DNA from: Lama guanicoe
Lineage: Eukaryota
Length of the DNA: 64,000 nucleotides
Direction of reading: 5' to 3'
Assembly (NCBI GenBank): GCA_013239625.1
Contig: MU053873.1
Coordinates: 696,524-760,523 of the forward strand
The notes under the pieces were generated by a model. That model ran no database searches. It saw only the letters and a program-made list of their open reading frames with translations, and had not been told where the DNA came from. The translations under genes were made by a program, and so were the position numbers. Below are positions 10,701 to 22,700 of this stretch, piece by piece (positions within the stretch are counted from its first letter, which is position 1; every line of letters starts with the position of its first letter).

Positions 10701-13700
10701 TCAGATGAGCTTGGAGACCTCAGGACCTGGGAGAAGGGTGAATGGATCACTTGGAGTGGGAGAATTGGAAGCAGTAGTTTCAGGCTGTGCAAAGAATCTC
10801 AGAAGCCTGTCTGACCCTTTTGAGTTTTGAGCTCTGAATCTGGTGAAAACCAGTCATCTCTCGCCAGCAGGGAGAGCCTTTGCATTACCGGTTTGATTCC
10901 CAAGCACTTTGTATGGGGCCAGCTCACTTCTCATTACATCCTTTTAACCTCTTGGCCCAGCTTTCCTGTCTGAAGTTCTAACAGTTCATTTTTGCAGATG
11001 GATTTCATTCTTTGAAACCTGAACTTCTTGCTAAGTGACTGCGTTTAGGTGAACAAACTATATAGTTTGTTGGTGTCCTTCAGCTGTGATGCCTCTCGGC
11101 AATCCAAGCTGAGAGATGTGAAAGAGGAGTAGACAGAACAAGAGAAGAGAATGTGTTCTTGCTTGATCAGACCTATTTTTGCAAACTGAAAGGAGTCAGG
11201 TTTTTTTTTTTTTGGTAATAAGCTTGGGATAAGAGGGACCATATTAGACATAGTATCTGGTGTATTTTTAATAATAATGACAGTGATTTTTGAGGGATGT
11301 GTATCTGCTCCACAAATTCATCCATGTAATGATAGCTACATAGTAATGGAGGTGAAATTCACATCAAGTACCTGAGTTAATAGTATTGTACAATTGTCAC
11401 TTTTTTCGGTTTGGTAATGTATTAGTGGTTACAGAAGATATTATCATTAGGGGAACCTGGGAGAAAGGTACACGGAAGAAATAAACTCTCAGTGTACAAC
11501 TCAAAAGAAGTTTCAAAAATAGCACTGTTTAAAAATTTTTAAAGATATAAAAACATAAGAATATGATGCCACACCTGTAGCCATTGTTCATATGAAAGCC
11601 AGCAGTCGCAGAATACAGCAGAACTTGGGCCTATGCGGAGGCAGGGGACCATGTGGAAGGATCCTGGGCCCTGAAATCAGATGGCCTGGGTTCACATTCC
11701 AGCTCTGCCACCTCCTGACTGTGTCGCCTTGCGCAGCCTGCTTACAGATAGAAGCCTCTGTCTCATTTGAAAAATGGGGATAAAAGTCTCCATCTCAAAA
11801 AGTTACTGTAAGAATTAAGTGAGGTGAGAATGGCATACTGGGTGCTTAATACATGGCAGCTCCTATTACTACTTTCATCTGTCTACCACCTGGGCACTGC
11901 TGTGTTAATGCGGCAAAGAATATTGGATTTCTTTCCTTTCCTGCACGTGTGTCACTATACGCGCAACAGTTATAGCTGCTAGATCTTTGCACACCGGGTC
12001 ATACCATGTTGGACCTTCCCCCATGCTATGCTTAGACAGTTAACATTTTGAACTTCAGCATAGACTCTTAGGTTTATTCCTGTTAAAGGGCATTTCTTGG
12101 TTTCAATCTGACAGCCTAGGTCTAGATGACAGTGTTTTTGCCTCTTTTAAGTTCTTAGCTCTCTTGCACAGTGTGGAGAGGTCTGTACATTTGATAAGCA
12201 TACTTTCTAGGTCTTTTCACTAAGTCGTGGATGAGAAGTTTGGGCAGCAGGGATAAGGATCCCGTGACATGTTGCCACCGGCACTTTTCACACTGAAACT
12301 TCTACTAATGAGCGTTTGCTGAGAAGACTGGGTTTCAGGTTTCCGGGGGCTGTAGACCAGGGCTAAGTGGACATACATGGGGAGCATTGTGGGTCTGCTT
12401 GTGCCACGGTTTGGGTTTCGGAGACAGACCTTGACGTCTAGTTTTTGCCCGCAGGTCAAAGCACGAAGAAATTGATCTGGTCAGCTTGGAGGAGTTTTAT
12501 AAGGAGGCTCCTCCGGATATCAGCAAGGCAGAAGTCACCATGGGAGACCCTCACCAGCAAACTCTTGCACGTCTGGACTGGGAGCTGGAGCAGCGGAAAA
12601 GGTAGTGTTTCCTCCTTCCTAACCTTGTTAACCTGTGCAGACATGGACCTTTATCCTTGAGGGACAGTGCTTTGTCATGACCCAGGATCAGACAGCAAAG
12701 CCAAAGCCGTAGAACCAGCAGAATAGTCTTCTAAGACCAAATCCCATTTTGTGATTAATTGACACTTAGTGATTCAGGCTTGGCCTACTGCATCATAAGT
12801 GGAGTTGGAATTGCTTGAGGCTGCTAAGAAAGTTGGAGTAAACTTTCCTTTAAAATTTTAATACCTAAGATCTACATACCTTTTATACCGTAAGTCTATT
12901 TTTTTAATCTTTCCCCCCATCTATCAGCATATTCCTGTGGTATTACAGAGCTTTGCAAACATTATTTTAGAAGGTTGTACAACATTCCAGTGTAAATTGT
13001 AAGTCACATAATTGTTCCCATATTGAATTGGACTTTTAGGTTGTTTGTACTTTTTGCTAACAACAGTAATTCTTCGAGGCACACCTTTACGTATAAAACT
13101 TTCTGTACTAATAAAGAGGTTTTATTTATTAACTGTAAATAGAATGTCTACTGTATAATTTAGAGCTTTCTTAGAATACAGTGGGGGGTTTGGTTTTGTT
13201 TTGTTTTTTTCATTCTGGACTTTTTATGATTGCATCCTTTCCATCATGGTGACTTTTTTTCCTTTCGTGTTTGTGCATGAATTCTAGGGCTTTTGATTGG
13301 CACATTTACTTTCATTTTCTGTCAGAGAAGCCACTGTTTTTAATCCCTCACCTTTTTCTGTTACTGAGTGTATTTTGTGCCTTTGGTCAATATTATAAAT
13401 TTAGTAAGTACTGAGTCTGATTCTTACAGAATTGGTATCAGTTTTTTAGCAGATCGGGCTGGCCTGTTACACCCCTGTCCAGTTCACCATTTGCCCTTGG
13501 CTAAGCCATGAGTGTTCCAGTCCTATGGCTCTGATCTGGAATCCATCCCCACCCTGCCCCACTCAGGGCAGTCTCTGGGCCTCGTTTGGGTCCCATAGCT
13601 GCTGGGTCCATGTGTTTGTGAAAGTTCTGGGTCTAGCCTCTGAGGCAGGAAACAGAGCAGGAGGTGACACCAGGGTAATCCCTAGTGGCCCTGGGCGTGG

Positions 13701-16700
13701 CCTCTGAAGCAGACAGGCGTGGATCAGAGGCCAGCTCTGTGCTTGCTCTTAGCTGGATGACCTCAGGCAAGTTACCTACCTGGGCCTTCGTTTCCTCCTT
13801 TGGGGATAAGAAAAGTCCCTATCTTCCAGGGTTTCTATAGGGGTTAAACACCATAATGCTTGGAAAGAGTTCTCCAAAGTGTCTGTGCACATAGTGAGTG
13901 CTGGGTAATCATTAGCTGTTAATCATGCCTGCTGTCACTAGGTAGATTCTAAGGGTGAACAGGTGGGTTGAGGTGCCCCTGGGAAGCATCATATGCTCTG
14001 TCCTCCCCCAACAGGCTGGCAGAGAAATACCGAGAGAGCCTGTCCAACAAGGAGAAGATCCTCAAGGAGATCGAGGTGAAGAAAGAATACCTGAGCAGCC
14101 TCCAGCCTCGTCTCAACAGCATCATGCAGGTGAGGGTCTCCCCACCCACCTCCTCCTAGGCTTTCACTTTGCCTTCACCACCCAGTGACACATGGCTGAC
14201 CTGAGGCCACCAGAAGCCACATTGCACTGTGGGTTTTGTTGGCTCTGTTACCCTAATCATTGTTAGAGCACAGTGCAAGTCCTGCAGCAGGTGCGGTGAG
14301 GTCGTGTCCTGTGTGGAAGGAGTGCTGGCAGGGTGGGCTCAGGAACACACACACATTCACCCCGGGCGTTTTCTCTTTACCTAGAGCTGCTTCTGGCTAA
14401 AACTCTTTCACAGACTATAAGTTTAGTTTACTCCCTGCACAATCTTTACCAGCTCACAGTCTCCAGGTACCTGAGCATGGTTCCAGGAATATCTGTTAGA
14501 TCCCCTGACTACACCTCAGGGGCCAACTGCTCAGTGGATCTGCTTGCTCTGAAAAGAACTTCAGTCATTTGAAAGCCATTAGGTACCTTAGGAGGAAAAG
14601 TCCCCACTTTACTTGTAAAATGTGATGTCTCTCTATATAGGTGACCTGATTTTTGTTTGCTTTGTGAAGCCGGATTTGATCTAAATCCTTACAGTTTTAT
14701 AAATCAGGGTAAATGGTTAATATGGAGGAACTTTGTAAAAGAACCCTAGAGACATTATAAATTCACTTTTGTCGGATTTGGCGAGATCTACATTTCTTGC
14801 CAAATAAATGTATGCCTGGAGGCATAGAATTAGAGTTAACAAATATGCCCAGTAGCACTTCCTATAGGATAAAAAGAAATCAGAAACTAAAAATTTTGAT
14901 TGTACTTAATTTTTCCTGTTAACTGGAAGCACTCTAAATGCTCCTAAACAGGGTAGAGGTTAAATAAATTCTTGTTTGGTACAGCCTTACAGCTACGATG
15001 AAGTGTGGCTTATTCCGTTACTGACAGAATAAGTGGACAGAAAGATCTGTTGTTAAACAGAAGCAAGTTATAGAACGCAAAATGTAGTCCCATTTGTGTA
15101 CCTTAATTTACAAAGTATCTGAATGGACTTGTGTATGTGTAAGTCATGTATATGCTTAGAAAAACCTGCATTTACCAAATCATTGTTACTTTTGGTGATT
15201 GGGAACTGGGGGATTTTGCCTTATAAACTTGAATACAACTTTTTAAAGCAATGTACATAATTTTATGTACACTTATGTACATAAATTTTACATAAAAAGA
15301 AGAATACAACTCGTAAGTATACATAGAGCTCAGTGTACGTACACATCTATGGGCACATCTCTGTGAACACATCCATGTAATCAGCACCCAAATCAAGAAG
15401 AACATTACCAGTTTTCCAGAAGTTACTTTATTCCCCTCCCAGTCACTGTCTTTTCCCACCCCCCGGTAACCATTGTCTTCACTTCTAATGTCATAGGTTA
15501 GCTTGGGCTGTTTTTAAACTTACACAAATGGAATTATATAGTATCTACTGTTCTATGTCTGGCTGCTTTTGCTCAACAGTGCATTTATGAGAGTCATCTA
15601 TGTTGTTGTGAGTACCAGGAGATCATTTATTTTCATTGATGGTTTCGTATTTGATTTTTGGATGTTTTCAGTTTGGAGATACTGTGAATAATGCTGCTAG
15701 GAGCCTTATATATGTCCTTTGGTGGTCATGTGTACACATTTCTTTTGAATATATACCCAGGAGTGAAACCGTTGGGTCATAGAGTATGCTGCACTTGTAT
15801 TTAGCTTTGGTATTCACTGAAACAGTTTTCTAAAGTGACTGTCCTGATTTATGACATTCCTCCCAGGACCTTGTGAAAGTTCTAATGCTCCACATCCTCG
15901 CTAACACTTGATGTTGTCATTTTTCTTGATTTTAGCTATTCTGGAGGTATCTCATGGTTTTAATTTCCATTTCCCTGGGGACCAGTGACATTGAGCACAG
16001 CACCTTTTTTATGCTTATTGGCTTTTGGATTACCTCTTTTGTGAAGGGCCCATTAACGCCTTCTGCTCATTTTTCTGTTAAGTTGCCTGGAATTCTTTAT
16101 ATTTTCAGGACATGTGTCTTTTGCAGATATATTTCTCATTCGTGACTTTCCTTTTCACTTTCATAGTAGTATCTTTTAATGAGTAGATGTTCTTAATTTT
16201 AATATGATCTAGTTATCAGTCTTCTTCTTTCTCTGCCCCAAGAACACGGAGATATTCTCTTGTTTTCTTATGGAAGCTCTATTGTCTACCTTTCACATTC
16301 AGATCTATAGTCTTCCTGGACATGACTTTTGTATATAACATGAGGTAAAGATCAGATTCCTTTTTTTTTTTGGCATAGGTTTTCAGCTGACTCATTTATT
16401 GAGACAACCATTCTTTTCTCACTGTTCTCCAGTGTCATTTTTGTCATCTGTGTATGTGTGGGTCTGTGTGTGTGTGTGGCTGTGTGATCCATTTGTCTAT
16501 CTGCACAGTGTCACACTGACTGCTTTATTCAGCTTTATCAGAAGTCTTGATGCTCAGTAATGTAAGTCCTCCAACTTAATTTTCAGGGTTGTCTTTGTTA
16601 TTCTTGGCCTTTTGTATTTACATATAAGTTTTAGAATTAGCTGATCTGTTTTCACCTGCTGGGATTTAGATTGGGTTGCGTAGAATCCATAGATCACTTT

Positions 16701-19700
16701 GGGGAGAATTGACATCTGGGCCATGTTGAGCCTTGTAGGCCATTAACATGGCATATTATCTCCATTCATTTAGATCTTTCATTTCTCAGGTGTTTTCGTT
16801 GAGGCTTACATGCTTGGAATTTAGATATTTGATGTTTCTGTGATACTAGTAGAAATGGTATCTTTTTTTAAAGCTCATTTTCTTACTGTTTGTTGCTGGT
16901 GTAAAGAAGTATTATTGTTTTTTCATGTTGACCTTTTATCCACCAGTTGATTCTGTTAGCTTATCCTGTGTCACTTTCATAAATAAAAACTGTATACAGT
17001 AACTGAGCACCCACATGCCCCTATGTGGGCTGCCGATAAAGCAGAAACTAAAACCCTTCTTTTGTTGCTTTCAGGCTTCTCTCCCGGTGCAGGAGTACCT
17101 GTTTATGCCCTTCGACCAGGCTCACAAGCAATATGAGACAGCCAGACACCTGCCACCTCCCCTCTATGTCCTCTTTGTCCAGGCCACTGCATATGGGCAG
17201 GCCTGTGGTGAGTATGGGGGCCGGGCAAGGAAGAGGGGCTCTGGGAGCAGCAGCCAAGGCCAGTTGAGTCATTTGGAAGCACCACCTGCTGAGGAAAGCT
17301 CCCTGGCCCTGCTCAGAAGTCCTCAGGTGACAGACGCTGCCTCCCCTCTGCACCACCCAGCATGGCTGCTTTGACCAGCTGGCCTGGTCTAACCTGGACT
17401 AACCTGATGGCTTTGAATCTTTGATGAGCCTGGCTGGTCGGCTGTGGGGTTCAGTGCCCAGGCAGTCTATCTGGGCTCCCAAGCACTCACCCCATTAAGG
17501 CACGCTTGGCAGGTGGATCGGTGCCTCTTGCTCGCTTCAGAGAGAGGTCTTGGTGAAATAGGTCCCAGCCAGCTCTCCCAGGCTTCCCCACACCCTGGAA
17601 CAGGCTGCATGTGGTTACAGTGAATTACTGAGAATGAGGTGTCCTCATTAAGCTTGAAGGCAGCCTGTGACTGCACTAGGATTTTGAGAAGTTTTTGGAG
17701 ACCCTACCTCTTACCCTACTGCAGCTTTCACCCAGCGCCTCAGACAGACACATAACGCACCAGTGCATGCTCTCCTCCCAGCCGTGGGCACCGACACATT
17801 ACTGTCTCTCTTCTTGTGTCTTCCTGGTCCTTTTGGTCCTCTCCCTCCACTTTGTTCTCCCTCCTGTTTTCATCATCAGCTCATATGAAATCCTCCCAGC
17901 CCCCTAGACAGGGTGAGTAATTTTCTTTTCTTTTGTGTTTAAAACCCAGCCTGTTCTCATTCCCATTTTACTGTAGAATTTGAGGATTAAACTAGTCAAA
18001 AAACAGGCTGGCATTTGCCAGTGTCTGTTGGGGGTGGTCAGCTTGTTTGGGCTGAGGTATGATGGTTCATGCAGGCCTGTGAGAGATCAGCAGTGGCCTG
18101 CCACTGGGGGAAGTTCATCATCCTTCTTTATGCACCTGGGCAGACTCAGGCTCCTGTGACTGTCTGCGTGTCTGTATGCCCTTTTGAATGGAGCAGGAAG
18201 GTTGATGGCCTGTCTGACCTCCCAGCACTAGACCCATGGAGTTGCACAAATACTGGCCCAGGCATCACTTAGTGAGGCGTCAGGCCTGGTGCAGGGAACA
18301 GGCCACTTAGCTTTGTGCTTGAGACTCTCAGCTCAAGTTGAGTAGACTTGGTCTTGAATCCTAGCTTATCAATTTCTTAGGTGTTGTATCTAACTTCTTT
18401 AAGCCTTAATTTTTTCATCTATAAATGGCTAGAGTAATAGTATTACTCCTATAGCGTTATTGTGAGGATTAAAATTAATGTTTGAAAGTAATTTTATAAT
18501 TAAAATGATAAGCATTAGCTCGAGCATTCAGTCCTCATCACCCAACCAGGCAGCTGCCATTTGTCAAGTCCCCATTTCATAGATGCTGAAACTGAGGCTC
18601 CGAGCAGTAACATAACTTTCCAGGTTGTGAGTTTGGGAGTTGCTTGGGCAGGAACTCAGATCTGGGACTGGACTGCAGTTTCCAGGTTCCTACCCACTGT
18701 CCTACTGCCTCCCAGTTAAATGTGACAGGGCCAGCCAGGTGCCAGGTGCTCGGTGTAGTGCAGAATAGAGAAAACTGAGGGGAGAGCTATCGTTTCTAGG
18801 GTGTGGACAGTTACGGGCTTCTGGATGAGAACCTTTAAGACAGTTGGCAGAATTGTGCCATGTAGCTTTAGGCCATCGGTTTTGATTTCTGTTCTTTGGT
18901 GTAAGCCTGAAAAGAGAGGCTTTCAGCACTAGTCTTAAGTGATGCTTGGCCAGGAATCTGCACTTTGGGTTTTCTATTCTCAGTAAATGATGGAAAAAAG
19001 ACTTAGGTTAAAAACAAACAACCCAATCAAAAAATGGGTGGAAGACCTAAACAGACATTTCTCCAGTGAAGACATACAGATGGGTAATAGGCACATGAAA
19101 AGATGTTCAATATCACTAATTTTATCAGAGAAATGCAAATCAAAAGTACGTTGAGGTATCATCTCACACCGATCAGACTGGCCATCATCAAAAAGTCCAC
19201 AAACGAGAGAAAAAGGAACCCTCCTACACTCTTGGTAGGAATGTAGTTTGGTACAGCCATTATGGAAAACAGTATGGAGATTCCTTAAAAAACTGAAAGT
19301 AGACTTACTCAGCGATCCCACCCCTGGGCATATATCCAGAGGAAACTCTAATTCGAATAGAATGTTCATTACAATAGCCAAGACATGGAAGCAACCTAAA
19401 AGTCCATCGACAGATGACTGGATAAAGAAGTTGTGGTATTTATACACAATGGAATACTACTCAGCCATAAAAAGAATGAAATAATGCTGTTTGCAGCAAC
19501 ATAGATGGACCTAGAAATTATCATACTAAGTGAAGTAAGACAAAGACAAATATTACATGATGTCACTTATGTGTGGTATCTTTAAAGAAATGACACAAAT
19601 GAACTTACTTACAAAACAGAAGGAGACTCACAGACATAGAAAACAAACTGGTTACAAAGGGGAAAGGAGATGGGGAGGGATAAGTTGGGAGATTGGGATT

Positions 19701-22700
19701 AACAGGTACAAACTATAGAAGACTTAGGTTTCCTACCTTGCTCCTTGTCATCTGGAGAAAGGGCTTGTGCCCTCCAGCCTTGGTCAGTAATGAGCTGTGA
19801 CAGAGGCGGAGGACATGCAGCCCCAGGGCTTATGTAGCTTAGCTCCTTCCCTCAGCAGCTTTCACAGGAAGCTCTTTCTTGCTCCCAGATAAGACGTTGT
19901 CTGTGGCGATCGAAGGCAGTGTGGACGAAGCCAAGGCTCTGTTCAAGCCTCCCGAGGACTCCCAAGGTAACGTGGTGGTCAGGATTCTCCCCCACGTCTT
20001 CTATAGCTAGTTCAAAGGACATCAGTCACCACCCAGGGCAGTGCTGGTGCTTTGGAAATTAGCTGTACTGGTTCCGTGTAGCAGGGAGCTTGGCTTTACT
20101 GTCTCAGTGCTTGGAGTAGCCAGTAGAAAGTACTGCCGTTGGATTTCAGCCCTGCCACTCCGAAGCTCACTGATCCTGGGGGAGCTTTTTAACGTGTTGG
20201 AGCCTTAGTTTACTCACCTGTCACAAGAGAGTAATACCTCCTGTAGAGTTATTATGTGGATTAAATGAGGTCCTGCATGCAGAGCATCGTCCTCAGCACG
20301 TAGTGACCCCTCAGATTGTATGAGCTGCTGCTGCTGTTGTTGCTGATGTTATTGTTGTTACCACCACCACCACCACCAGTGCAGGAGCTTGTGGATGACA
20401 GTAAAATGTGCTGTAAAAAAACAGGGGTGATGGGGTTGTAGGTCACTTTTTTTTTTACATGGTGTTCTCTATACTGAATAAGAAGCAGCAAATTAATTTA
20501 TTATTTGTTCTAAAGAAACCCATTTACAAAAGTCTGGGCCCTTCTACGCCCCCTGGGTCGAGGTGCTCCAGGGAGCCTTGGGAGTCCCTCACATCTGGCC
20601 GCCTTCTCTCTGTCGCTGCAGATGACGAGAGTGACTCGGATGCTGAGGAGGAGCAGACCACGGTGAGCGCTACTTCCTCCCATGGGGGTGCCAAGCAGCT
20701 GCCCTGGGGCCTTCCAGTAGGCAGGTGCCCTCCTCCCTAGAAGCAGAAGAGAGGTTTGAAAGAAGGGGCGGCTGGGATCCTGGCAGCCGGAGTGCTGAGG
20801 CACGGGTCCCAGGGCAGAGGCCCTGGCCAGCAAGGGGAGGGAAGAGGGAGATGCCTGTGACCGGTGCTCACTGGCTCGACTCTCTTTTGTCTAGAAGCGC
20901 CGGCGACCCACACTGGGAGTTCAGCTGGATGACAAGCGCAAGGAGATGCTGAAGAGGCACCCGCTATCCGTCATGCTGGACCTGAAGTGCAAAGGTCTGG
21001 CTCCCCTTGGACTGGGGGTCTTGTAGCACCCAAGAGTGCAGCCCGCTGCAGCTGCATGCAGCCCAGCAAACTGAGGCCTCACTGTCTAAGCCAAAGATTC
21101 TGGGTTCATATTTCTGTTTTTCTTCATTGTTCTATATGGAGTTTGTTTGATTTCCCACCACTTCCAGTCACAACCCTAACAGCATAGCAACAACACTAGA
21201 CATGCAAGGGATGCTTGATAAAACTACACCTCTTTTTGAATTTGACAAGTCAGATACACAGAACAAGTTAACAAGCGTATGCAGGTGTTCAGTAATATGA
21301 CCAACCTGCTTAATTTAATAAATATAAGTAGAACTTTGTCTTTTGCAAAGAATATAGATTTTAAAGCTGGCTTTGTATGGGTAAAGGAGCACATAGTGAA
21401 GTATTCCAGCAGGATAAGAGGTTAACAGTCAGATACAAGTTTCCTTCTTACCCCAGACTCCCAGACCCAGGTCCTGGGTCTTACCTCCAAGGACAACCAC
21501 TCTGATGGTTTCTTACGTATTTTTAAGAAATAGTCCTATATAATTAGATGCTTTTATACAAATGTGTACTTATCCCCTTCCCCTTTTATTTTTTACACAA
21601 ATGGAAACAGTCTACAGTCTGGTTCCTCTTTTTGCCTTTTTATAAAAGATTTTTTTAGTTGTGAGATCATTTTAGGCTCAAAAGAGTTTCAGTGATGATA
21701 CAGAGAATTCTCACATGCTCTTCACCCCTAATGCCAACATCTTACTTAATCACAGTACAGTTATCAAAAGCAATGTTAATTTCATTGGTACAATACTATT
21801 AACTACAGAGCTTATTCAGATTTCCCTGGTTTTTCCACTAGTGTCCTTTTTCTGTTCCAGGATCCAAACCCAGGATTTCACGTTGCAGCTAGTCATCATG
21901 CCCCTCAGTCTCCTCCAGTCTTTGCTTGTCTTTCGTGACCTAGACACTTTGGAAGATGAGGTTTATGTATTATGTAGAAAGACTCTCAGTTTGGGCTTGT
22001 GTGATGTTTTCTCCTGCTTGGACTGAGGTTATGAATTTGGGGGAAAGAGTACAACAGATGGTGGTGTTCACCATCAAGTCTTATCTGGGTTCCGTGGTAT
22101 CGCTGTGTCTTATTACTGGTGATGTTAACCTGGATCACTTGGTCATCACTTGATGGCTTCCTCTCTGTGTTGCATTAATTAGACGCAGAGTCTCTAAGTC
22201 CAGTCCACACTCAGGGGGAGGGAAATGAAGCTCCACCTCTTGGAGGAAGGAGTAGCAAAGAAATTGTAGTGACTCTTTGCTTTTTTTAATCAACATTAAA
22301 TTGCCGTTGAATTGCTTTCATAGTAGAAGATCTTAAAAGTCTTGTTGACTTCTTTCTATAATTCTGTTGACTCTCTTCTAATGTTTCACTCATACATGAA
22401 GTCTCCTTTTCCTCCTTTCCTCCAGATGACAGTGTACTGCACCTGACTTTCTACTACCTCATGAACCTCAACATCATGACGGTAAAAGCCAAAGTGACAA
22501 CCGCCACGGAGCTGATCACCCCCATCAGTGCAGGGTACTGGGCAGGTGCTGCGGGGGTGGGACTTGGGGCGGGAGTGAGAGCCTCAGGGCTGAGCTGCTC
22601 TTGGTTTCTCCCTCATCTGGCTCTAAGAAGATTCACAGCCACATGACCTTCGTTGTCATGTCCACACGGCCTTGTACATCTCGGGTATTCAAAAGGCACT

